Origin: a virus
Virus record (IMG/VR): IMGVR_UViG_3300022602_002721
Coordinates: 7,688 to 71,687 of that record
DNA length: 64,000 bases
Reading direction: 5' to 3' (one strand)
Shown piece after piece: positions 54,604 to 63,803 of this stretch (positions are counted from its first letter, which is position 1; every line of letters begins with the position of its first letter). The notes beneath the pieces were generated by a model. The model did no database searches. It was not told the origin of the DNA and worked only from the letters and a program-made list of their open reading frames with translations. A program made the translations under genes and the position numbers.

Positions 54604-54631
54604 TCCACATTATACTACTAATTTAGATTTA

Positions 54632-54976
54632 TTACAAGCCTTTTGACACAACATTATGTGCCATTTGGTCTATGGATTTACCGCTACGGGGATTTGAGCC
54701 GACTGAAGGATCTTGTTCTGGAGTACCAACATCAGTTTTTAAAACAATGCCTTCTGGAGTAACGTCTTGGATAACATCGTCACCGATCTTATCTTTAATT
54801 TTAGTTACTATGTCTTGATTTACTTCACCGTATCCTTGTGAAGACAACATACCATTTAGTACTGTCCAGGATACTGTTGATGGTGCTTGCTTGGTGTTGG
54901 CGCGACCTTGTAATACTTTTAAAATATTAGCAAGGTCGTCCTGAAATTGATTTCCTGCAACTTCAAATAATCTCAT
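54632..54976 (-). CDS. hypothetical protein, probable virion-internal
   Basis: N-terminus MRLFE; late operon. Confidence 0.7.
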   Translation of the reverse strand: MRLFEVAGNQFQDDLANILKVLQGRANTKQAPSTVSWTVLNGMLSSQGYGEVNQDIVTKIKDKIGDDVIQDVTPEGIVLKTDVGTPEQDPSVGSNPRSGKSIDQMAHNVVSKGL

Positions 54977-56286
54977 TATGAACCAAGAATAGCCATTAAG
55001 CGATTTCCACGCTCAATTGATTCACGCTTAATGCGTCCTGTTGTTTCTGGACCACCTGCGGCTGCATCGCTAGCGGCAAATTCATCTTCGCCACCGATGT
55101 TCATGTTGTCATCTTCTGCTGGAGCAGGTAATTCTAAATTACCATCTGACATGTTATCCATGCCTGGCTCTTGACCCATTGGCTCTTCAGCTGGAGCTTC
55201 GCCTGCTAGTACAGCAACAGCATTGTTGATTTCTTCACGTGCTGTAGTTAATGCAGATAGTGCGCCTTCCAATGCTGTGGCAACAGATGCTTTGAATGCT
55301 TCTGCTTCTTGCATACCAAAGTTAGCACGGATGTTGTCTGCCAATTCAATCATTGACTTAGTTTGGTAGTTACCAACACGTTGCATCCATGATGTAAAGT
55401 CGTTAACCATATCAGCTGCGGCTGTAATGGATTTAGCTTTACCTTCTTCGTCTTCAGCGATGTAGTAAGCAATACCTTCAGAAATATATTTCTGATAAGC
55501 ACGATGGATTAATTCACTCTTGCTTTCTTTGATTTTCTTGCCGCCGTGTACTGGACATGCTTTCTTGCCCTTAGTATCGCAACAGCATTGGCTTTCTTTA
55601 ACGCCAGCTTTTTTCTTGTCAGCAACTGCTTTCTTGAAAGTTTCTTTCTTGTTGCCATCTTTGTCAAAGTCTAAGAAATCTGGTTTGGCTTTCTTAGCTT
55701 CCATTGTTTTTTTGTTCATTGTGGTTTCCTCTGTACCTTCTTTAGCTTTTTTGCTTATTACATCGCGACGATGTTTTAGGTACTTGTCTGATTTATTGAC
55801 CTTACCATCATTGTTTACATCATCATCTTCTTGGCCTACTGGATCTAGACCTTCTTTTGTGTTTTTCATTGCCTTGCTCAACTGTTTAGTACCCTTGTCA
55901 GCCTTGTTAAATTCTTTAGCAACGCTTTGTTTGATACCTACCTTCTTGGCAAACTTAGGATCATGAGCGGCAGCAGCCATTGTACGTGCTTGCTTTTGGC
56001 TTACACTCTTTTCAGCTAACATCTTGCTTTCGCCTAGCATTTCTTTGATCTTAGTATTCAACACACCCAACATGTATTTGTCTTTTTGATATGTTTCGTT
56101 AGTTAACAGATCATTGAAGCTGGCTTGAGCTTCTGTACTATGTACTTTTGTACGTAATAGGTTACGATAGTTTTCTAAGTCTTCACGTGTGTACTTGTCA
56201 AAGTTAACTCTGACATTGAATTTCTTGAACATGCTTTCATTAAGAGCATGTGCAGATAGTGGTGTATTTAGGTCTAGGGTTCTCAT
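54976..56286 (-). CDS. charged low-complexity late protein (prohead core/scaffold candidate)
   Basis: Lys-rich middle, acidic tail, repeated (L/V/I)xES, DxDxDG-like loops. Confidence 0.65.
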   Translation of the reverse strand: MRTLDLNTPLSAHALNESMFKKFNVRVNFDKYTREDLENYRNLLRTKVHSTEAQASFNDLLTNETYQKDKYMLGVLNTKIKEMLGESKMLAEKSVSQKQARTMAAAAHDPKFAKKVGIKQSVAKEFNKADKGTKQLSKAMKNTKEGLDPVGQEDDDVNNDGKVNKSDKYLKHRRDVISKKAKEGTEETTMNKKTMEAKKAKPDFLDFDKDGNKKETFKKAVADKKKAGVKESQCCCDTKGKKACPVHGGKKIKESKSELIHRAYQKYISEGIAYYIAEDEEGKAKSITAAADMVNDFTSWMQRVGNYQTKSMIELADNIRANFGMQEAEAFKASVATALEGALSALTTAREEINNAVAVLAGEAPAEEPMGQEPGMDNMSDGNLELPAPAEDDNMNIGGEDEFAASDAAAGGPETTGRIKRESIERGNRLMAILGS

Positions 56287-56322
56287 AATTTTGTTTCCAA
56301 AAATGCTAATTCTTTAATCTAT

Positions 56323-56790
56323 TTATCTCAGATTACACAACTTAGTAAAGCGCGAGACTATGCTACGTTTGTAATACAGTTTCTGTTGATGTGCTATTTC
56401 TGCTTTAGAAAGGCTTAGATCTTGACGATCAACATCGTGTTGTTTTGCGGCTCTTTCTGCTAGATATTTGGCAGATTGTTCGTCAAATGACTTAAATCCG
56501 TACCATTTATCGTTGTTTATTAGGTCATGATCTGGCCAACGTCCTAAAGCTAGGTCATTGGCTATGAGTATGGCTGTTTGTGCTAAATTTACTGGACCAG
56601 CAATAACATGGTTTCGTGAATCTTTAATTTGATAAGCGTTGTCTACTTTTACAATAGTGTAAGCACCAATGCGAGTATCACCGTTAGCGTCAAGGCTAGG
56701 TACTACAACACCTTTCTTCTTAAACTCTTGTTTAATAGATTTGGTAAGTGTTGCTATATTATCAAAGATTTGTTTTTTGTTTGTGGGCAT
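56323..56790 (-). CDS. hypothetical protein
   Basis: Operon context. Confidence 0.7.
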   Translation of the reverse strand: MPTNKKQIFDNIATLTKSIKQEFKKKGVVVPSLDANGDTRIGAYTIVKVDNAYQIKDSRNHVIAGPVNLAQTAILIANDLALGRWPDHDLINNDKWYGFKSFDEQSAKYLAERAAKQHDVDRQDLSLSKAEIAHQQKLYYKRSIVSRFTKLCNLR

Positions 56791-56983
56791 CTTTTTTTAA
56801 CACAATATACTGGTCATCATTACTTATTTCATATACGCCCTTGCGTACTAGATTGCGAGCGATGACTTCGTCTCTGTCGTAGAGATTCTTAATAGGAATT
56901 TCGTTTTCGTGATGATTAACGAAAGACTTTTCTTCGTTTGTTAAAATGATTGATGGAGCTCCTACGATTTGATGGATTTTCAT
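56762..56983 (-). CDS. hypothetical protein
   Basis: Operon context; MKIHQI start. Confidence 0.7.
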   Translation of the reverse strand: MKIHQIVGAPSIILTNEEKSFVNHHENEIPIKNLYDRDEVIARNLVRKGVYEISNDDQYIVLKKDAHKQKTNL

Positions 56984-56984
56984 A

Positions 56985-57578
56985 TTAGAATGCCGCGTTA
57001 GGAGCTTGCCCTTGCTGACCTTGTGCTTGCTGGTTAGCCTGTTGCATTTGATCTTGTTGTTGCTGTTGTACTTGTTGTACAGCCAATTGAGCTTGGCGTT
57101 GTTTTTCTTTAGTTTGGCTCTTATCTAGTAACTGTTTAAATTGCTGTAGGATCTGCGGATCTCTAACTAGATGTGCCATTGAGGGTGATAACTGTGTAGT
57201 AGCATCTTTATCTGGACCTGTTAATTTTTGTCCAGTGTCTGCTTTGGTTAATGCTTGTGTTACTTTATTAACATTCAATCCAGGAACTTGCGATTTAATG
57301 GTAGTAAGATTTTTTTGTATATCTTTTTGTTCTTGATCTGCATTGGCTGCTTTTAGGTTTTGTTGTCCTGGTGCTTTGCCAACTTGCTGAGCTACTTTGC
57401 CTGCGGCATTACCTGCGGCGCGGCCTACAGTTGCAGCACTTCTTCCTACAGCACTTGCTCCTCTAGCTAGTCCACCACCTACAGCAACAGCGCCACGTGC
57501 TAATGCACCAGCGGCACCTGCTAGTGCAGGTAAAAACTCGTCAAGGCGGTCTTCTTGAACTAACTCTCGAATCTTCAT
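56985..57578 (-). CDS. Ala/Gly/Gln-rich protein, probable virion-internal
   Basis: MKIRELVQE...LDE then a Gly/Ala zipper. Confidence 0.75.
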   Translation of the reverse strand: MKIRELVQEDRLDEFLPALAGAAGALARGAVAVGGGLARGASAVGRSAATVGRAAGNAAGKVAQQVGKAPGQQNLKAANADQEQKDIQKNLTTIKSQVPGLNVNKVTQALTKADTGQKLTGPDKDATTQLSPSMAHLVRDPQILQQFKQLLDKSQTKEKQRQAQLAVQQVQQQQQDQMQQANQQAQGQQGQAPNAAF

Positions 57579-57579
57579 A

Positions 57580-57822
57580 CTAATGTACTTTCGTCATTAC
57601 TACAGCAAGGGTTGATAGTATACCAACGATAACAGTACCTGCTGTACCTATTAATACTTTAACCATACTTAGATGGCTCTTTTCAATAGTATCTTGTAGT
57701 GTAGTAATTTTTGATTCAACGCTGCTTAGGCGTTGATCTAATTGTCCGTAACGTAATGCACACAAATCAACATGTGCTTCAAGGCTTGTTTTTTCTAAAT
57801 CAGTTGTCGGGGATGTCGACAT
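57580..57822 (-). CDS. coiled-coil protein with C-terminal TM
   Basis: EK.SLEAHVDLCA.RY..L..RL; hydrophobic tail; GGAG RBS. Confidence 0.75.
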   Translation of the reverse strand: MSTSPTTDLEKTSLEAHVDLCALRYGQLDQRLSSVESKITTLQDTIEKSHLSMVKVLIGTAGTVIVGILSTLAVVMTKVH

Positions 57823-57879
57823 ATTATTTCTCCAAATAAGTTTTCTCTAATCTTACTATGCTTACTGTGCCTAATATGC

Positions 57880-58293
57880 CTATAATGCCTTAACAACAGT
57901 ATTTGTTATTTTTGGGTCTAATAACTCAAAGACTGCTTGTTGTATATTTATTGTTTCTGTTAATTTTACAATAACAGGAATCTTGTCTAAATCAATGCGT
58001 AGTAGGCCTACACGGTCGGCTTTTTCAAGGAAAGCATTTTGTCTGTCTGTTCTAAATTGAAAAGTCCATACACGATGTTTGCCTTTGTATTCACTACCAA
58101 AGCCCATGCCTTTGACATCAACAACTTCACTTGACGGGTCTTTATCATAAAGCATAATGGCTCGCATACCAATACACTGAGTAAGAGTAGTCCAATTACG
58201 GAATTGGTCTAGCTCAATCTGTGTTCCTTGATTGATACGTCTAACATCTGTATTAGTGATGTCTATGAGAGTTTTAATTTCTATGATGTCCAT
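57880..58293 (-). CDS. hypothetical protein
   Basis: AGGT RBS before MDIIEIKTL; late motif upstream. Confidence 0.75.
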   Translation of the reverse strand: MDIIEIKTLIDITNTDVRRINQGTQIELDQFRNWTTLTQCIGMRAIMLYDKDPSSEVVDVKGMGFGSEYKGKHRVWTFQFRTDRQNAFLEKADRVGLLRIDLDKIPVIVKLTETINIQQAVFELLDPKITNTVVKAL

Positions 58294-58326
58294 TATATAC
58301 CTATATAATGTATTTATGGTCAAAAG

Positions 58327-58351
58327 AAAAGGGAGTTAAAAACTCCCTCTT
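58327..58351 (-). terminator. intrinsic terminator
   Basis: AGGGAGTT-TTT-AACTCCCT followed by TTTCTTTT on the minus strand. Confidence 0.7.
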
Positions 58352-58368
58352 CCAGTCTAATAAAACTA

Positions 58369-58776
58369 TTAGATGTTGCTGTATGGAGCAACTGTACCAG
58401 CTGTGAAGCCCACACCTGATAGAATAACTTCAGTAACTGTACATGTGTTACCAGAAGCAGCATAGATAGCGCCAGCTAAATCAACAGCTGAACCATCGGC
58501 AGCATAACCAGTTGCGTCATCACGACCGTATAGTGTGTCGCCATCAACAGCGATTGTGAAACCAGCTGATGTTGGTGTACCAACGATAGTGATAGAAGCT
58601 AATTGCTCTGCACCACGAACAGCATTTTCAAATACGCTGTTTGATACATAGTTTGTGTAACCAGTTGAAGCATCTGTATAGAAGCCTGCGCCTGCTACTG
58701 TGAAGTAACGTGTTTGGTAACCATAAAAGCTACCTGGTTTTACGTAACCATTTTTTCTTGTGATTCCTAATGACAT
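58369..58776 (-). CDS. probable highly expressed structural (decoration-like) protein
   Basis: Own late motif, leader hairpin TACTCCG/CGGAGTA, AAGGAG RBS, terminator; Gly/Ala/Thr-rich. Confidence 0.65.
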   Translation of the reverse strand: MSLGITRKNGYVKPGSFYGYQTRYFTVAGAGFYTDASTGYTNYVSNSVFENAVRGAEQLASITIVGTPTSAGFTIAVDGDTLYGRDDATGYAADGSAVDLAGAIYAASGNTCTVTEVILSGVGFTAGTVAPYSNI

Positions 58777-58858
58777 AATTTTCTCCTTTATCTCGATATG
58801 TCTACTCCGCTCCGGAGTATTTGGTATGAGTATTTATCCGAGTAAGGAAAAACCAGCT

Positions 58859-59158
58859 CTAATCGTCAGATTTTTGATCGCCTTCGATGATTATCAGGCT
58901 GTTTTTAGTGTCTTTTGAGTCACGTAGCTTGCGGATACCACGTGTAAATTTAGCAGGGTCTGCACCCTTGATTGAATTAAGGAAGCGGCGCTCTAACTCG
59001 TAGGCCATCTCTGGATCAAAGTTTTCTCGTATAAGGCTTAACAAATTAATAGCACTATTAATAACGTGTACAGCACGGCTTTCAATTACCGTTTCTGTAT
59101 CCTTTTTAACAGCAATATCGTTAAGTTCTTCTAATAAGCTACGGGTGAGTCTTTTCAC
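58859..59158 (-). CDS. hypothetical protein
   Basis: GTG start, AAGGA RBS, late motif. Confidence 0.75.
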   Translation of the reverse strand: MKRLTRSLLEELNDIAVKKDTETVIESRAVHVINSAINLLSLIRENFDPEMAYELERRFLNSIKGADPAKFTRGIRKLRDSKDTKNSLIIIEGDQKSDD

Positions 59159-59312
59159 TATAGTTTCCTTTAAGTTTATTTATTGCTCCTGTAATCAATT
59201 ATACATTTTATTTTGGTAATATACAATGTTGACTTTAATCTCGTTGTAATATATAGTGACTAAATACTCAGTAGAAACCATGAGTCTACATACACATACA
59301 GGAAAACACAAA

Positions 59313-59468
59313 ATGTTTAAAAAATTATTATCATGGCTTAATCCTAGCCAACAATCCGCATTAGAAGCATTTATCAACAGCAAACGTCCAACCAATGCCG
59401 CTGAAGTAGAGTATTGGACACATCAATACGAACAAGGTAACGGTATGTATTGGGGGCGCGGTCTATGA
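59313..59468 (+). CDS. DUF3563-like small protein
   Basis: LE.FI.S..P..AAEVEYW...YE; ACAGGA RBS; promoter TTGACT-17bp-TATAGT at 59229-59257. Confidence 0.6.
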   Translation: MFKKLLSWLNPSQQSALEAFINSKRPTNAAEVEYWTHQYEQGNGMYWGRGL

Positions 59469-59557
59469 AACGAGTTCTTATCAATATCTGGAACGCATTT
59501 GTTGAAGCTCGTACAGAAGCTGCAAAGGCCCGTGTCCAAGGGTATCACTGGTATTAA
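59465..59557 (+). CDS. 30-aa peptide (not in ORF track)
   Basis: MKRVLINIWNAFVEARTEAAKARVQGYHWY; ATGA overlap. Confidence 0.55.
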   Translation: MKRVLINIWNAFVEARTEAAKARVQGYHWY

Positions 59558-59560
59558 ACG

Positions 59561-60115
59561 ATGCTTACAACAGTCCGCCGTGTATTGCCACATGAGTATG
59601 GCAAGTATCGTACACATCTTAAGTCCCTGGATGCCGATTCTAAGATACTCAGGTTTGGGTATCCGATCAGCGACTCCGCTCTTGACGCACTTTGCGATAA
59701 GTTTGAAGCCGATCCTACACACAATATTCTTTTTTGTATAGAAAATAATCAGTTAGAGTTCGTAGCAATAGGACATATTGCTCTACAAGGCGAACTAGAA
59801 CTGGCTTTCTCTGTACTTAAAGAATACCAAGGACAGGGTATGGGCGATAAGCTGATGAAGCGTTGCATCCAATGGTGCCGCATACATAACAAGCTCAAAG
59901 GCTGTATGGTTTGTCTAGCCACTAACGGTGCTATCAAACACCTGTGCTTAAAGAATGGTATCCATATACATTCAGAGCATGGTGAAACACTAGCAGACAT
60001 AGAACTAGATAGCCCTAACATCAAGACATACATGAATGAACAAGTAGACAGCAATTTAGCTGTCATAGATTATCTAGGCAAGAGGTTTGCCAAACCACTT
60101 GATCTACTAAAGTGA
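59561..60115 (+). CDS. GNAT-family N-acetyltransferase
   Basis: ELAFSVLKEYQGQGMGDKLM acetyl-CoA motif; N.AI..L. Confidence 0.9.
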   Translation: MLTTVRRVLPHEYGKYRTHLKSLDADSKILRFGYPISDSALDALCDKFEADPTHNILFCIENNQLEFVAIGHIALQGELELAFSVLKEYQGQGMGDKLMKRCIQWCRIHNKLKGCMVCLATNGAIKHLCLKNGIHIHSEHGETLADIELDSPNIKTYMNEQVDSNLAVIDYLGKRFAKPLDLLK

Positions 60116-60187
60116 TATCTCTATAATAAATAAAGTAGACAACAAATTGCTGTCAACACACAAACATTAACACACAGGAGAATTAAA

Positions 60188-60394
60188 ATGTTTAATCAAA
60201 TCATCGACGCTATCCAAGATAGCAAAAAGACATTCGTTGAGACATTCGTTCAAGACGCTAAATTCAAAGCAGAACTTGTAAAACTAGTTGATGCACAGAC
60301 TAAGTTTGCTAAAGGCTCAGTACAAAGCACGTTAGATATTGCTCAAGCATTTGTTAAAAATGCAGGCGATGCAATTTACAAGAAGGCAGCTTAA
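60188..60394 (+). CDS. amphipathic helical protein (phasin-like candidate)
   Basis: AGGAG RBS; Ala/Lys/Phe amphipathic helices. Confidence 0.6.
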   Translation: MFNQIIDAIQDSKKTFVETFVQDAKFKAELVKLVDAQTKFAKGSVQSTLDIAQAFVKNAGDAIYKKAA

Positions 60395-60396
60395 TC

Positions 60397-60663
60397 ATGT
60401 CAGAGAATACACCAAAACTACCAGAAGTTAAGTTTAATAAAAACGGTTACGAAATCCGTACAGATATCCTAGCAATGGCCAAAGACCTAGTGCAAGCTGA
60501 ATATACTACTAAGTTCGCTGGTTGGGAAATGTCAGCAAAACGTGACGAGAAGACAGGTCAGATCGTTACACAAGTTGGTATGCCAGAGTTTCCAGGACTT
60601 GATAAAGTTCTTGAAGCAGCGGAAAAAATGTATGCTTTTGTAAACACAGGCGCAAAAAAATAA
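60397..60663 (+). CDS. hypothetical protein
   Basis: KNGYEIR.DIL.MAKD...VLE.A..MY.FV. Confidence 0.75.
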   Translation: MSENTPKLPEVKFNKNGYEIRTDILAMAKDLVQAEYTTKFAGWEMSAKRDEKTGQIVTQVGMPEFPGLDKVLEAAEKMYAFVNTGAKK

Positions 60664-60712
60664 TATTATTTAGGCGTAGCCAATATAAGTTTACTATACT
60701 ATACCGTAAAGC

Positions 60713-60738
60713 AGAAAGCCCCTTAATTGGGGCTTTCT
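60713..60738. terminator. bidirectional intrinsic terminator
   Basis: AGAAAGCCCC-TTAATT-GGGGCTTTCT. Confidence 0.85.
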
Positions 60739-60951
60739 CTTGAATAGTTGCTCCACTTTAATTGTAAATGGCGTTATACAATGTGGCAGGAGCCTCCTAC
60801 ACACCCGTAAAGATTAACGGTCCTAAGGGTTTGTGTATTCTATTCCGGCTAATCCACATCCAAGCATTACAAGCCCGTTAAACAGGGCTGTAAGGATTTT
60901 TTGGAGTGTCGTAACCGTCGTCTTCTGGATAGACTGGATATTCATTATTCA

Positions 60952-62076
60952 TTATACTTCTTGTGGTGCTAGACCATCTACACGTAACTGATCTGGAGTG
61001 ATCGTTGGGTGACGTGCAATTACACGCTGGATAGCGTCTTGTTCACTTGTAGCTGGAACACGAGCTTGACGTCCAGTGCTGATCAATGTTACTAGATAAG
61101 CTCTTTCTTGCCCTGGCTCTTCTTCTGGTTCTGGCTCAGGTTCTTTACCAGATGCGTATGACAATGGGAATTTTTGTTCAATATCTTTAGCAGCTTTATC
61201 TACATCATATCCGCCCCTAACGATATCTTCGCTGTTGGCTTTGATTTCAGCAGCGTGTGCTTTTAATGCCTTAATGATTTCTTTCATTAGACCTGGGAAC
61301 AACTCAGCAAACTTAGCATCGCCGCGACTGCGACTAATACTTTGGTCACCGTTGTTTAACTGATCAGTTGGGGCATGCATCTGCCATTTACCGTTTACAT
61401 CATCTGCATGTTCTTTATCAAAGATTGAAACGATAGGACCGTCATCAGCATAACGATTAAACCAAGTTAGTCCTGAGCTACTACCTGTACAGAAGCTAGC
61501 TCTAAATCCGTGTGAATTGTTAAATGTATAGCAAGCACCATAGTTCATAGGTACTGTTACTAGGAAACGCTCGTTATCAAGAATCGTAATTTCTTTCTTT
61601 TCACGTTTGTGTTTTTCAATAGTTTCTGAATCTTGGATTCTACGTAGTTCATCACGATACTCGCGATCGTTAGTGATTCGCTGTATTTGGCGTAGGCTTT
61701 TAAATTTATTAAAGTCTTGGTCTTTTTCTTTTAGACGTCCACGAATACTTAGAGCTTTCCATGCACCTAGTGCATCACCACCTTCACCGTTCATATCTTC
61801 GTAGTCAATCTGACCGTTAATATATAAACGTGTTAGCCATTCATCAAATTTACCATCTTGGCTAATATCACCGTACTGTGTGTTTGATAAACTTTTATCA
61901 AGTAATGTACTCCATAACGCTAAAATACTTTGATCATCTGGCTTTGGACCTAATCTAGCTACAGCGGCTCTAGGTAATGTAGAGTCGTGGCTCATAGCGA
62001 TTCTAATCTGCTTGATCGTTTTTGGATCTTTAATTTTAGCAGCCACGTTGGCTTCAAATAATTGTGTTATTCTCAT
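60952..62076 (-). CDS. hypothetical protein, probable virion-internal
   Basis: MRITQLFEA start; P.NYGAC......FCT motif. Confidence 0.75.
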   Translation of the reverse strand: MRITQLFEANVAAKIKDPKTIKQIRIAMSHDSTLPRAAVARLGPKPDDQSILALWSTLLDKSLSNTQYGDISQDGKFDEWLTRLYINGQIDYEDMNGEGGDALGAWKALSIRGRLKEKDQDFNKFKSLRQIQRITNDREYRDELRRIQDSETIEKHKREKKEITILDNERFLVTVPMNYGACYTFNNSHGFRASFCTGSSSGLTWFNRYADDGPIVSIFDKEHADDVNGKWQMHAPTDQLNNGDQSISRSRGDAKFAELFPGLMKEIIKALKAHAAEIKANSEDIVRGGYDVDKAAKDIEQKFPLSYASGKEPEPEPEEEPGQERAYLVTLISTGRQARVPATSEQDAIQRVIARHPTITPDQLRVDGLAPQEV

Positions 62077-62954
62077 GATGTCATTAAACTCCTTTTAAAG
62101 AAGCTTAATATTGTACCTAATTTTGCAGTATCGCCACCTGCGATATCTGCTAGTAATTTCTGAGGACCTTCTTGTCTTTCTGTACTAAGATCACCACCGT
62201 AACGTCCACGATTAATTTCTCCAGTTTCTTCTGGATAGTGATGACTTGCAGCCATTAGTATTCCTGAGTTAACAGCTTTGCCGATAATGCCTGGAATATC
62301 AGTATCGCCAGATTCAACAGCATCGATCGCATTTTCTAAACTTCTACATAGAGATAGCTTCTTTTCTGCTTTATCGTAAGAATCGTTTTTAATCATTGTT
62401 TGTGCCATACCTTTAACATCAGCTAGAGCTGCTGTCATGGCTTTGACCCACAATGGTTTGAATTTTTTAATAATTGTAGTTTTATCTACTTGGCTCGCAG
62501 GAGATGATTGATTCCAATCACGTTGTTTTTGTTTGTCTTTTACTGCAGTTGTGTTTGACCCAACGTAGTATTTGTTAAACTTACCAAGTAATGGTTTAAA
62601 GAAATCTAGGATATTTCCGCCGCGACTATCATTTAAGTGACGCAGTTCGCCTGAGGGGTCAACTGCGATAGCTTCATAACTGCCCGTAGTTCCTCCACTG
62701 GCTCTAATAGCACCTACACCCTTCTGACCAATAATAATAACCCACGCTCCTCTATAGCTACCTTTAAGATCACTCCAGGAGATTTTATCTACAGGACGAT
62801 AGCTTTGATCGTGGCTTAAACCTTGTTTACTGTGTAGGTATTTGATAACAGCATCGCCACCTGGTTGCTGTTTTACTAGATTTAGTGAAGTGCTAACCTC
62901 TGCGATATATGCTTCGCAAAGGCTAGCAAATGTCTGGTACGGAAATGTTTTCAT
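62073..62954 (-). CDS. hypothetical protein, probable virion-internal
   Basis: MKTF...YIAE start; TAAATA 5 nt before the ATG. Confidence 0.75.
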   Translation of the reverse strand: MKTFPYQTFASLCEAYIAEVSTSLNLVKQQPGGDAVIKYLHSKQGLSHDQSYRPVDKISWSDLKGSYRGAWVIIIGQKGVGAIRASGGTTGSYEAIAVDPSGELRHLNDSRGGNILDFFKPLLGKFNKYYVGSNTTAVKDKQKQRDWNQSSPASQVDKTTIIKKFKPLWVKAMTAALADVKGMAQTMIKNDSYDKAEKKLSLCRSLENAIDAVESGDTDIPGIIGKAVNSGILMAASHHYPEETGEINRGRYGGDLSTERQEGPQKLLADIAGGDTAKLGTILSFFKRSLMTS

Positions 62955-62969
62955 ACCAATATTTATTCC

Positions 62970-63803
62970 TTAGTCTGCAGAAGCGTTCGCACCACATTTA
63001 GCACGTTTAGCGTTGGTTAATGCGCCAAAATCTACAGGCCATTCTTTACCTGGTTGTAGTTCAACTGCACCTTGTGGGAAAGCATACTTAATACCAGCTT
63101 GTTGTTCAATCTGAGCGATTGGTACACGGAATTTAGTTAGGTCATTGCCCAAGTTTGGATATGGAGCAACGTGTGGGAATCCCCAACCTGCGATTTCTTT
63201 AGTAGCGTTATTGATAACAATCTTGTAGAAGCCATGTGGTACAACTACACCTTTACCAATTGTCTTATCGCCAGGACCATACAAGCCGCCCGCAATAACT
63301 GTGTAGCTCTGATTTCTCTGGACTGACCATCCGCGGACAGAAGTCTCCAACAATTTCCAAATTCCGCGATTTAAAGAACCGGCTTGTGGTGACATATTTG
63401 TCATTAAAAAACTTTCATACTCTACTTGTGGATCCCATGATAGGTCACCGTCTGGAGCCATGTGTCCTTTATCGTAGCCTGTGCCTGCATAGTCGCCCGG
63501 TACAGCACCGTTAGGCACAAATTGATTAGCGGCAAATGCGTTGGTACGTGCTACACAACCTAATGCGTTCTGTGGTAGTAATTCATACATTACATAGTTT
63601 GGTAACTTCGCAGCTGCATCGTAGCCAACTAGATATGCTTGTTGGCATAATGGTTGTAGTTGACGAGCTGTCTGTGGAAATCCGTAGGGTGCATGTGCTT
63701 GACATTGTGCCGGCGGAAATGGTTGACGTTGATTCCAAGCAAGGGCTTGTGTGCTTGTTACGGCTACTAGGGCGAAAAATAACCCTGCTAATAGTTTTTT
63801 CAT
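62970..63803 (-). CDS. exported DNA/RNA non-specific endonuclease (NucA/EndoG family)
   Basis: Signal peptide; YDKGHMAP, F.MTNMSPQ...LNRGIWK.LE, VP..FYKIV. Confidence 0.93.
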   Translation of the reverse strand: MKKLLAGLFFALVAVTSTQALAWNQRQPFPPAQCQAHAPYGFPQTARQLQPLCQQAYLVGYDAAAKLPNYVMYELLPQNALGCVARTNAFAANQFVPNGAVPGDYAGTGYDKGHMAPDGDLSWDPQVEYESFLMTNMSPQAGSLNRGIWKLLETSVRGWSVQRNQSYTVIAGGLYGPGDKTIGKGVVVPHGFYKIVINNATKEIAGWGFPHVAPYPNLGNDLTKFRVPIAQIEQQAGIKYAFPQGAVELQPGKEWPVDFGALTNAKRAKCGANASAD

